Part shown: one piece after another, positions 1 to 9,559 of the stretch
Layout of the letters: each line of letters starts with the position of its first letter
Numbering within the stretch: the first letter of the stretch is position 1
Source of the DNA: Wolbachia endosymbiont strain TRS of Brugia malayi
GTDB taxonomy: Bacteria > Pseudomonadota > Alphaproteobacteria > Rickettsiales > Anaplasmataceae
Direction: 5' to 3'
Length of the DNA stretch: 32,000 bases
NCBI RefSeq assembly: GCF_000008385.1
Contig: NC_006833.1
Coordinates: 330,001-362,000, forward strand
Position numbers and translations under genes: made by a program
Notes under the pieces: generated by a model
The model's database searches: none
What the model saw: only the letters and a program-made list of their open reading frames with translations
What the model was told of the DNA's origin: nothing

Positions 1-179
1 TCACCATTTGCTATCGCTCCAGGGAAATTTTTCTCTGCGTAGCTTATTATGTTTTTGTCCACTCTGTAAAGCTGGTGTACAATAAAATCAGCATCAAACA
101 CAGCAGCACCGAATTCTTTAAAGCAATTGGCTATAAAACTCTTCCCTACTCCAATTCCTCCTGTTAGACCTATAATCAT
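1..179 (-). CDS. coaE: Dephospho-CoA kinase, N-terminal part (gene runs off the window start)
   Basis: Reverse complement from the ATG at 179 reads MIIGLTGGIGVGKSFIANCFKEFGAAVFDADFIVHQLY..., with the CoaE P-loop GLTGGIGxGKS and the downstream DAD motif. Confidence 0.93.
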   Translation of the reverse strand, partial: MIIGLTGGIGVGKSFIANCFKEFGAAVFDADFIVHQLYRVDKNIISYAEKNFPGAIANG

Positions 180-345
180 ATAACAAAAAACACATTATGA
201 AGCTATACCTACAGTAGCTGCTTTTTTTTGTGTGTCTACTTAAAACCCAAATTTGCTGCGTAGTTCTGATAGTATCGAAAGAAAATAAACAGCTATTATT
301 TTTTTAGTAATTAAATAAAATAGAATAAAAGATTACGAGGAAGCT

Positions 346-1749
346 TTGAAAAATAAGATAAAAAAAATGATAATTTCAGGAAAGGAAGTGTGGCCAATCA
401 TCGAGGGCGGTAAAGGTATTGCAGTTAGTGATGGAGGATCGAGCGGAGCATTTGCTGCAGCAGATGCTGTTGGAACGTTTTCTGGTGCAAATGCCAAGCT
501 TATTGATGATAACGGTGAGTTAGTGCCATTGGTTTACAAAGGTAAAACAAGAAATGAAAAACATGAAGAATTGATTGAGTATAGTATTGGGGCTGGAGTT
601 AGTCAGGCAAGAATAGCAAATGAAATATCAAAAGGTCGTGGAAGAGTACATATGAATGTGCTTTGGGAGATGGGAGCGGCAGAACGTGTACTTCATGGTA
701 TATTAGAAAAAGCAAAGGGCTTAGTCCATGGTATTACCTGTGGTGCTGGTATGCCTTACAGGCTTGGAGAAATTGCAGCCAAATATCAGGTTTATTATTA
801 CCCTATTATTTCATCGGTACGTGCTTTTAAAGCATTGTGGAAACGTGCTTATCAAAGAATATCTTCTTTTTTGCTCGGTGGAGTAGTATATGAGGATCCG
901 TGGCTTGCTGGAGGGCATAATGGATTAAGTAATAGTGAGAACCCGGAGTTACCACAAGCTCCATTTGAGAGAGTTGTGGAACTTAGGTCTTTTATGAACG
1001 AGATCGGTCTTTCAGAAACACCAATTGTTATGGCGGGGGGAGTGTGGCGTTTAAAAGATTGGGAACATTGGTTTGACAATCTGCAAATCGGACCAATAGC
1101 TTTTCAGTTTGGCACTCGTCTGCTTTTAACGAAAGAAAGCCCAATTTCCGCAGAGTGGAAAAAGAAGCTGTTGACTTTGGAAGAAGGTGATGTGTTTTTA
1201 AATAAATTCAGTCCAACAGGGTTTTACTCATCTGCAGTAAGAAATAACTTCATACGTGAGTTACAGGAACGGAATTCACGTCAAATAAAATTCTCAGAAA
1301 ATGCCAGCGAAGAGTTCGATAGTGAATTTGCGATTGGTGCAAGAGGTAGAAATATTTACCTTACTTCAAAAGATAAGGAACTGGCAGATACATGGAGTAA
1401 AGCAGGATATACAGAAGCAATGAGAACTCCAGATACAACTGTTATTTTTGTAACACCAGACAAATTTGCAGAGATCAGGCGAGATCAAATCAATTGCATG
1501 GGGTGTTTAAGCCATTGTTTATTTAGTAATTGGAAAGATCATGGTGACTATTCAACAGGGCGAAAGCCAGATCCGCGGAGTTTTTGTATACAAAAGACAC
1601 TGCAAAACATTATACATGACGGCAATATTGAAAATGAGCTCATGTTTTCTGGGCACAGTGTTTACAGATTCAAGCAAGATCCGTTTTATGAGAACGGCTA
1701 CATACCGACAGTAAAAGAGCTGGTGGAAAGAATATTGACAGGATATTAA
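346..1749 (+). CDS. Nitronate monooxygenase / 2-nitropropane dioxygenase-family FMN oxidoreductase
   Basis: 467-aa ORF (TTG start; an alternative ATG lies a few codons in). TIM-barrel flavoprotein features: VLWEMGAAERVLHGILEKAKGLVHGITCGAGMPYRLGEIA, PIVMAGGVWRL, GPIAFQFGTRLLLTKESP. Confidence 0.8.
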   Translation: MKNKIKKMIISGKEVWPIIEGGKGIAVSDGGSSGAFAAADAVGTFSGANAKLIDDNGELVPLVYKGKTRNEKHEELIEYSIGAGVSQARIANEISKGRGRVHMNVLWEMGAAERVLHGILEKAKGLVHGITCGAGMPYRLGEIAAKYQVYYYPIISSVRAFKALWKRAYQRISSFLLGGVVYEDPWLAGGHNGLSNSENPELPQAPFERVVELRSFMNEIGLSETPIVMAGGVWRLKDWEHWFDNLQIGPIAFQFGTRLLLTKESPISAEWKKKLLTLEEGDVFLNKFSPTGFYSSAVRNNFIRELQERNSRQIKFSENASEEFDSEFAIGARGRNIYLTSKDKELADTWSKAGYTEAMRTPDTTVIFVTPDKFAEIRRDQINCMGCLSHCLFSNWKDHGDYSTGRKPDPRSFCIQKTLQNIIHDGNIENELMFSGHSVYRFKQDPFYENGYIPTVKELVERILTGY

Positions 1750-2001
1750 GTTATGTTTGAGTTGATAAGGAAGCATTGCTTTATTATAGTAAGTATTTAT
1801 TAATTTAATTTTAATTTGGAAAAGTGTCTATGCTAGCGAGCAGGAGTATTTTAGAAGGGTATGCATTGGCCTATTAAAAATTTTGGTGGTACAGTAACGT
1901 TAAAGGGTTTTTACAATTTTGTGATGTATGAAACGCAACAGATTGGAATGAGGAGAATTTTGAAAGATTATATAAAGGATTTGTGTGCTCGGATTTAAGC
2001 A

Positions 2002-2656
2002 GTGGTGAAACGGGAAAGTGATCAATGTAATGAAGAGAGTAACAGGCAATCTACTACACATATACATGTATACAATAGAAGTTTAGATTTCTTGGGTTAT
2101 TTACTATTGCGATATTGTATCGATTCTTTACTTGTTAGGTGTGGTCACACTATAGTTATCTATGGCAATACCACTAACCAAAGCAGAGAAAATAAGAAAA
2201 AAGACTCGGAAGACAGTAGAAAGTTGTTAGCTTTAGGTATAGTAGCTGCAGTAGTATGTGTTGGCTTTCCATGTTAGTATGTGCTTTTGGTACCACAGTA
2301 GCAAAAAAGCGGCAAGAAAAGAAGAAAAAATAGATTACCTAGATAACAAACTTAAAATGTTCAGAAATATTGAGTTTATAGTTAGTGCAATTTCTTTAGC
2401 GCCTTTAATAGCTTGTGTATTTTGCCCAGTTTTATCAGAATTTGGATTAGTTACCCTTGGCGTTAATTTTCTTGTATGTTTTGTTGGTAGCTTGGCTTTT
2501 CATATGAAACATGAAAAGAAGTCAGATAATATTGAGAAGGCTAAGGAAGCTGTAAACAGCTATAATACACCACCTTCTTACTTTCAAAATCCTGATGTTG
2601 GGAATTCTTTTCCGAGTGCTTCTCCTTATGGGAGTCAGTACTTTCCTTTTTATTAG
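2002..2656 (+). pseudogene. Hypothetical membrane protein, probably split by a frameshift (ORFs 2002-2277 and 2258-2656)
   Basis: Two overlapping short ORFs in different frames. Each has hydrophobic segments (LLALGIVAAVVCVGF; FIVSAISLAPLIACVFCPVL...LGVNFLVCFVGSLAF) followed by a charged or polar tail. Confidence 0.4.
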
Positions 2657-2765
2657 TTTTATAATGCTAGTACAATAGGGCAAGGAGCTGATTATAGACA
2701 GTGAACTTGCCATAAAACCCACAGCTGTATAAACATTGTAGTTTTAAGGCAATCTCGACCAGTAG

Positions 2766-2795
2766 GGTGTCATGCCAGTATGTGACACTGGTATC
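2766..2795. repeat. Short palindromic element (half of a GTGTCATnCCAGTnnnTGACACTGGnATC-type repeat)
   Basis: ATGCCAGT (2772-2779) faces ACTGGTAT (2787-2794) across a 7-nt loop. It resembles the palindromes inside purL. Confidence 0.6.
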
Positions 2796-3554
2796 TAGAA
2801 AGGTTTGCTTGCTAAACTAACTCGGTAGTTATAGAAAGTGGCTAATCTTATACTAAATAAATATGTCTGTTCAGTGGTATGATTGAGGAGGAAAGCGAAA
2901 AGACTTCAAATGATCGATTTTTCGCCTCAAATTATGTAAAGTGTGAAAATTTAACCACATTACACCTTATTTAGCCCATTTTATTCTAACAATTCGCTTG
3001 TTCAACCACTTTTTGCTGCTCTGCTGAGCAGGTACCGTGATTTCGCTTCCATAAATGATTTCCTATTGACCAATTGGAATACCCTTTTATACTTTATTAC
3101 GCTGTTAAGTTAAATATGCCAAATGATCTTAAAGGTTTGCTTTCAACTTAACCTTCCCCTAATCAAAATGTAAGTAGCAGTTTTTATACACGTACAACAG
3201 ACGAATTTTATAAAAATCTGGATAAGTTAACACCAGATAATGAGCTATTTATAGGTACTGAGAATATAAATAAATATATCAATATTGACAATAATGAGGC
3301 ATAGTACAAACACTTTTCTACTGTAGTTGCTAATGAAGAAGAACAATAAGGTATAGGCATAAGTTTAATAATAGATATGAACATAGGCATGAGCATAAGT
3401 ATGATTCTAAAAATATTATAGATAAAATTGCTGAGCAAATTGCAAACTAGATTAGTAAAAGTATAAAAGATAATACTGTAGAATGTGTTGGATTCAAAGA
3501 AAGTAGAAAGAAAGGTAAGATTAACCTCAGTAAGAATTACGCTAAATGACCTTA

Positions 3555-3830
3555 TTATCAGCTGGTGGTTTTTTTATGTTTAAGCGCTCAGCAAGCGCGA
3601 TTTACAGCACTAGTTGGTAATGTAAACAAAAATGTAAAAAATACGAGGTGTACATAGTACGAAAAACTAAACATAAAACACTAGATACGCTAAGCTTTTT
3701 TGTCGTTTAATTTGTACAGAGAAGATAAATAATCAGCTTCAGCACTTGATAAGGGGGTTGGCAAAGTTTGTCAAGCGATTCCGTATTTTTAGAGCTATTT
3801 GAATGATGTTCTTCTTGTAAGCTTGTGTTC
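3555..3830 (+). repeat. Dispersed noncoding repeat, copy A
   Basis: 'gtacatagtacgaaaaactaaacataaaacactagatacgctaagc...gataagggggttggcaaagtttgtcaagcgatt...gagctatttgaat' aligns with 26690-26870 '...gtacatatagtgcaaaaaattaaacataagatgctaac...gataagggggctagcgaggtttgtcaagtagtt...gagctacttgaat'. Confidence 0.8.
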
Positions 3831-3909
3831 TATTATTTTCCATAATAGTTAAAAATTAGTAGAAAGTTACTGCAAGTTCATGTATTTATAGGCTATAATA
3901 ATTGAAGGT

Positions 3910-6735
3910 ATGCGATGTATGGACGATTTTATAAGAATTAAGGGTGCAAGAGAGCATAATCTACAAGGTGTAGATGTCAATATACCAAAAAATAAGCTAG
4001 TTGTTATAACTGGGCTAAGTGGCTCTGGTAAATCTAGCCTTGCGTTTGACACAATTTATGCAGAAGGCCAGCGTAGGTATGTTGAAAGCCTGTCGGCTTA
4101 CGCACGTCAATTTCTTAACATTCAAGATAAACCAGATGTTGAATCGATTACAGGCCTCTCTCCTGCAATATCTATTAATCAGAAGTCAATTTCAAAAAAT
4201 CCAAGATCAACAGTTGGAACTGTTACTGAAATTTACGATTACTTGCGCTTAATGTATGCCCGAATAGGAATACCTTATTCACCTGCAACAGGATTACCAA
4301 TAGCAAAGCAAACTGTATCTCAAATTGTAGATACTATAATGGCGCTGCCTTTGGAAACTAAAATATATATACTTGCTCCCATTGTACGTGGCAGAAAGGG
4401 AGAGCATCTTAAAGAGATATTGGAAATAAAAAAGCAAGGCTATGTGAGGTTAAAAATAGATGGTGAAGTACATAATATAGATGATTTACCTAAGCTCGAT
4501 GAAAACAAGAAACACAATATTTTCGTTGTTGCAGACAGGATATTGGTATCAGACAATATAGGGAACCGGCTGCCAAGTAGTATAGAATCAGCATTGAGGC
4601 TTGGCCATGGCTTAATGTATGCGGAAATAATGAGCTTGCCTGATAATCATAATTCTGAGTATAAAGACGGTCAAATTTTAACTTTCTCAGAAAATTTTGC
4701 ATGTCCGGAATCTGGTTTCACTCTTGAGGAATTAGAACCAAGATTATTCTCCTTTAACAGTCCCTACGGGGCATGTTATTTATGTAATGGGCTTGGTAAA
4801 AAGCTGGATATTGATATAAAGTTGATAGTGCCAGACGAAACACTTTCAATATCTGAAGGTGCTTTAAGGCCAGTGGGATCAATGTCTCGTCAAGTGCATG
4901 CAAGCTATGGATTTCTAAAAAGTGCGATCCTATCACTGGCTGAAAACCGCAAATTTAGCCTTGATATTCCTTGGAAGAACATAGATCAAAAAGTGAAGAA
5001 TGTAATACTTTTTGGTTCTAAAGAAACGAAGTTTCGAGGTTTGGTAGGTATCTTGGAAAACCAGATAGATTATGATGAAACGCTTATTGAACGATATTGC
5101 TCTGTTGCTAACTGTAAGGAATGTGTTGGTTTTAGAATAAGAAAAGAAGCACTAACAGTGAAGATTGATGGTAGACATATAGGTGAGATATCTAGGCTTA
5201 GCATCGATGAATTCCTTAAATGGTTTGAGAATTTGCCGAGCAAGCTTACAGAACAACAGAAGCAAATCTCAAATAAAATATTAAATGAAATAATTAAGAG
5301 ACTAACTTTTTTAAAGAATGTAGGGTTGAATTATCTTACACTTGATCGTGAGTCTAGTACTCTTTCTGGTGGTGAGAGTCAAAGAATCAGGCTTGCTTCA
5401 CAAATTGGTTCAGGGTTAACAGGTGTTCTATATGTGCTTGATGAACCATCAATAGGCCTTCATCAATGTGATAATGATCGATTAATTGCCACACTTAAAA
5501 ACCTGAGAGATATGGGAAACACCGTAATCGTTGTTGAGCATGATGAAGATACAATAATGGCTGCTGATTATGCAATTGATATTGGTCCTGGAGCTGGCGT
5601 GAATGGAGGAAAAATTGTTGCAGAAGGAACACCAGATCAGGTGCAAAGAAGCTCGAAAAGCATAACAGGGCAATATTTAAGTGGAAAGAAAACAATCTCA
5701 ATTCCAAAAAGAAGAAAGCGAGCAACTCAGTACATAAAAGTGGTAAACGCATGTGAGAATAACTTAAAAAATATAGATGTTGAGTTTCCTATAGGGAATC
5801 TTATTTGTGTAACTGGGATATCAGGGGGGGGGAAATCAAGTTTAGTTGTAGAAACATTATATAAATATTTAGCGCGCAAAATGTATGATTCATCCGCGAA
5901 GTATGGCCAATGCGATAAGATAGAAGGCCTTGAATATATAGATAAAATTATAGAAATAGACCAATCGCCAATTGGTAGAACTCCGGCATCGAATCCAGCA
6001 ACATATGTCGGCATTTTCACTCATGTGAGAAATTGGTTTGCGGGTCTCCCAGAGTCAAAAGCACGAGGTTACAACATAGGCCGATTTTCGTTTAACACCA
6101 AGGGAGGAAGATGCGAAGCGTGTAAAGGTGATGGGCATTTAAGGGTAGAAATGCATTTTTTGCCGGACGTTTATGTAAAATGTGAGCAGTGTAAAGGTCG
6201 GCGGTATAACCGAGAAACACTAGAAGTTACTTACAAAGGAAAATCAGTTTCTGATGTGCTTGATATGACAATAGATCAAGCATGTGATTTTTTTGACAAC
6301 CTTCCAATGGTGAAAGAAAAATTGGTCTCTTTGCAGGAAGTGGGACTTGGCTATATAAAACTCGGGCAGCCGTCAACAACATTGTCTGGAGGTGAAGCAC
6401 AACGGATAAAACTATCCAGAGAGCTATCGAAACGGTCTACTGGGAGGACATTATACATTCTTGATGAACCAACGACAGGATTGCATTTTGAGGATGTGAA
6501 TAATTTACTAAAGATACTCCATAAGTTAGTTGATTTAGGAAATACTGTTATAGTTATCGAGCACAACTTGCACGTTATAAAAACTGCGGATTATATAATA
6601 GACATCGGTCCAGAAGGTGGAATGAAAGGCGGGAAAGTAGTTGCCACTGGAACTCCAGAAGAAATAATAGATATACCAGAAAGTATTACTGGTAAATATC
6701 TTAAGCCATATCTGTCAAAGTTAATCAAGGTGTAA
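3910..6735 (+). CDS. uvrA: UvrABC excinuclease subunit A
   Basis: 941-aa ORF with [69 protein letters not shown], zinc-finger region [32 protein letters not shown], and [21 protein letters not shown] alternatives exist at 3910 and 3919. Confidence 0.98.
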   Translation: MRCMDDFIRIKGAREHNLQGVDVNIPKNKLVVITGLSGSGKSSLAFDTIYAEGQRRYVESLSAYARQFLNIQDKPDVESITGLSPAISINQKSISKNPRSTVGTVTEIYDYLRLMYARIGIPYSPATGLPIAKQTVSQIVDTIMALPLETKIYILAPIVRGRKGEHLKEILEIKKQGYVRLKIDGEVHNIDDLPKLDENKKHNIFVVADRILVSDNIGNRLPSSIESALRLGHGLMYAEIMSLPDNHNSEYKDGQILTFSENFACPESGFTLEELEPRLFSFNSPYGACYLCNGLGKKLDIDIKLIVPDETLSISEGALRPVGSMSRQVHASYGFLKSAILSLAENRKFSLDIPWKNIDQKVKNVILFGSKETKFRGLVGILENQIDYDETLIERYCSVANCKECVGFRIRKEALTVKIDGRHIGEISRLSIDEFLKWFENLPSKLTEQQKQISNKILNEIIKRLTFLKNVGLNYLTLDRESSTLSGGESQRIRLASQIGSGLTGVLYVLDEPSIGLHQCDNDRLIATLKNLRDMGNTVIVVEHDEDTIMAADYAIDIGPGAGVNGGKIVAEGTPDQVQRSSKSITGQYLSGKKTISIPKRRKRATQYIKVVNACENNLKNIDVEFPIGNLICVTGISGGGKSSLVVETLYKYLARKMYDSSAKYGQCDKIEGLEYIDKIIEIDQSPIGRTPASNPATYVGIFTHVRNWFAGLPESKARGYNIGRFSFNTKGGRCEACKGDGHLRVEMHFLPDVYVKCEQCKGRRYNRETLEVTYKGKSVSDVLDMTIDQACDFFDNLPMVKEKLVSLQEVGLGYIKLGQPSTTLSGGEAQRIKLSRELSKRSTGRTLYILDEPTTGLHFEDVNNLLKILHKLVDLGNTVIVIEHNLHVIKTADYIIDIGPEGGMKGGKVVATGTPEEIIDIPESITGKYLKPYLSKLIKV

Positions 6736-7089
6736 AGCTATTATAGTAACTAAGGTATGTAGGATGAGGAAATAAATATCTGTGGTAGAGGAACATGGTT
6801 TTTTTGTTGGCCTGCCCATATTATGGTGAATACTTGGAAGCTAGTGAGTAATGGTTGTATAGTATGAATGGTGGAGGTGAACTAATGAATAAGGAGCTGG
6901 CTAATTATGTAGCTGCTTGCCAAGCTTAAAGTTGCCAGCAAATGACAATCGAATTCCGGGAAACTTGCTTTTAAGGAAATAACGAGCACCATCAATTGAA
7001 AAGCCATCTAAGAGGAAGAAAGTAGGAACACAAAATAGTGAGAAATATATAGTTTCAGATTGTATTTCCGGTAATAATAATCAGGCTTA

Positions 7090-7246
7090 GAACTTAATCA
7101 CTTTTCAGGTGAGAATAGTAATCAACATACTTCCGGTAGTACTTATTCAGGACAGCCAGAAGGCAATAATTGTACAGACAGAAGTTATGGTCAAGAAATG
7201 CCAGATAGTACAAGCGAATGCAGTACAAAAATTGAAGGGAGTGTTT
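7090..7246 (+). pseudogene. Fragment of a Ser/Gly/Gln/Asn-rich hypothetical protein
   Basis: A frame not listed in the ORF track reads ...SGENSNQHTSGSTYSGQPEGNNCTDRSYGQEMPDSTSECSTKIEGSV*. It looks like a low-complexity C-terminus embedded in decayed sequence (about 6900-7600). Confidence 0.35.
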
Positions 7247-7612
7247 GAGAAAATATACTTGATGGTTCTAAGAGCTAGGGCCGGAGGTGCGTTAATCAAA
7301 TAACTAGTTAGTCAGATGAAAATGATTAGGTGATAGGTGCTGATTCCAATTTTGAAGATTGGGGCTTACTGCCAGGTGTTGTACACAATAATTAGATGAA
7401 TGCTTAAGGAGTAAGGCTAATTTATGTTATAGGTATAGTAGAACTGTAACAGACTTATAATATTTGAGGTATTAATAGACGTTACTAATAGTAAAGATCT
7501 ATGCCCTAGCAGTAAAGCACGTGCATTGAGATCAGGATATTTACTACAGTGGTGAAAATCAAGATAATAGCAATACAGGTAAGGTAATAGAGGATAAAAG
7601 TTTAGGAGTTTT

Positions 7613-7999
7613 GTGAAAAACATTATTAGTAGTTTATTATCAAAAGGTGGGAAAATGAAAAGAGATGACTTCTATGGTGGTGAGTTGGGGCATGTAACTT
7701 ATGATAAAGACTTTGTTAATGGTCTCTCTGCACAATGTGAGAAGGTTAAAAGCGACTTAAAGAATCCAGCATATGAAGATATAGTAAATAAGGATACACA
7801 AATTCAAGAAGATGGTTTAGTGGTAGACATAGATAACTGCTATTTTTATATAAAATATCCACAAGATGTCATTATTGAGGTTGTAAAAGTTATAAATAGC
7901 CCAAAAGTAGAAGAGTTAAGCTTAAAACACTATATATTTTATGTTGAGGAGAGTATAATAAGAGTTGAAAAAAAACTAAAAGGAGAAAAAAGAAATTAG
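7613..7999 (+). CDS. Small hypothetical protein (128 aa; possible internal Met start)
   Basis: GTG-start ORF. From an internal Met preceded by AAAGGTGG it reads MKRDDFYGGELGHVTYDKDFVNGLSAQ..., a normal soluble composition. No family recognised. Confidence 0.5.
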   Translation: MKNIISSLLSKGGKMKRDDFYGGELGHVTYDKDFVNGLSAQCEKVKSDLKNPAYEDIVNKDTQIQEDGLVVDIDNCYFYIKYPQDVIIEVVKVINSPKVEELSLKHYIFYVEESIIRVEKKLKGEKRN

Positions 8000-8254
8000 T
8001 CTACGGTGTGGTATTGAAATATTTTTTGTTACCAAAGTAGGAATGATTAGTGTCCATTTATACCCTAACAGTACAGAGATAAAAGATGGAGATGGAAAAG
8101 CAGAAAAGGAAATAAAAGTAGAGATCAATGAGGAGAGCAAAGTGTTTCAGAAGTTATAATCAGAAGTCTTAAAAAGAAGTAACCGTTTACAAATTGTGGA
8201 AATGAATAAAGAATTAAGCAGTAACAGTTACTAGATTCTGTAACTTTTGAAAGG

Positions 8255-9540
8255 AATTTTGGCCATTTAGACGCGAAGTTAAAATATCGACAACATCTTT
8301 ATGAATCTTTCTCCACGTTCTGACCAAGTGAAAAAGCTGTTCTTACAATAGATTACATAGCGCCTCATTTACCGTTCTGCAAGGTTATTGGTTGTATCTA
8401 TCACTTCAAGTTTTCGTAAAAACTTCCATATCCTCAGATCTTAACATCTTGGCAGCCATCCTCAAAGTTTGAGTACCATTTATAACCCTAGTCATTTTAC
8501 ACAAAAGATGTTCTACCCTTTTTCAAAATTTTTACATTAGTTGATAAAATCGTAAATCATCTACCAAATTTTATTTTTTTGCTTTTGTACCACAAATACT
8601 CTGTTATTGAGTGACTTGAGCGCCTGGCCAATTTTGCTCACTTCAATATTTTTACTATACGCAAATCTTTGAAAATCTCTTGTCAAATGTGTCCAACATA
8701 TCTATCTATTTTCAAACTAAAATAATTGTACGCAGCGTATTGTTGCTTACAACTATGCCATTGTATTCTGGCAGTAAACTTTGCAACACCTTCTTGCCAC
8801 GAGACTCGGTCATCTTTAGAAGTGTCAGAGCGCTTTGTTGTTATTACCCAACCCAGCCTCTTTCTCCTTGATTTCTGTGCTATGTTTCATCTATATGCAG
8901 GTTTCTTTCAATTCTTCCTTCATTTTCTCATATTCAGATGCGCATCTTTTGATACTCTGTGCTCAGTCTTTGATACTAAACTAAGACTTATATTGAGGTT
9001 AAATATACTGCTTAAAATTTGTTGTACTTTTCTTTTCGAGTTAATAAAAAAGCCACTTAGGCTGCTAATTGTTGTTTTAGCATTGAACCCTAGAGGACCT
9101 CTTGAAACCCCCATGGTTAAACTAGCTGAACCCTTCCTATCACAAGCTCTGTAATAGTTTCTTTGCAACCTGTACTCAGTTACGATTGGTTTGATTTCTG
9201 GTAATTCTACCTTTTAATGGACAATTTCATCTTCTAAAACAACCTTATTTCCACACACACAAACCTGATAAAATTGTATAGTCTACTACTATATTTGCTA
9301 CCATCAAATCTCACTTATATACCTTATGCCCTGGCTGACCTCCTGGTTTTTTATCACTTTTCTTTTTTGTTTTTTTGCGATATATATCTTGCGATGGTGG
9401 TAGAGATGAACTTTTTGAGTTCAGACCCAGTTTATCTTCTAGCTCAATTATTTTTGCTTTTAAGCCATCATTTTCTATAATCAGAGCCTTTATTTCTTCT
9501 TTGAGATTAGCGTTTTTTGATTTGTACGCCACAATCTTTT
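8255..9540 (-). mobile_element. Degraded IS66-family transposase (insertion sequence remnant)
   Basis: Minus-strand N-terminus KSKNANLKEEIKALIIENDGLKAKIIELEDKLGLNSKSSSLPPSQDIYRKKTKKKSDKKPGGQPGHKVYK is diagnostic of IS66-type TnpC. Downstream fragments include SASLTMGVSRGPLGFNAKTTISSLSGFF and a C-terminal TTNNLAER..MRRYVIYCKNSFFTWSERGERFIK like NNxAERxLRxxVIWRKxSxGTxSxxGxRF. Multiple stops and frameshifts. Confidence 0.85.
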
Positions 9541-9559
9541 CTGCAGCCCTGTTATCATA

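Noticed and set aside
5495-5752. Minus-strand ORFs inside uvrA
   Set aside because: Antisense to a well-supported uvrA reading frame, with no recognisable product.
7109-7303. Track ORF MRIVINILPVVLIQDSQKA...
   Set aside because: A different frame of the same DNA gives a more credible Ser/Gly/Gln-rich protein segment, so this frame is probably not coding.
8726-9154. 142-aa plus-strand ORF
   Set aside because: It lies antisense to the IS66 transposase remnant. Its Leu/Phe/Cys-rich translation is typical of the reverse strand of a decayed Lys/Asn-rich gene.
9274-9480. Plus-strand ORF with a membrane-like translation
   Set aside because: Antisense to the diagnostic IS66 N-terminus (LGLNSKSSSLPPSQDIY), so it is spurious.
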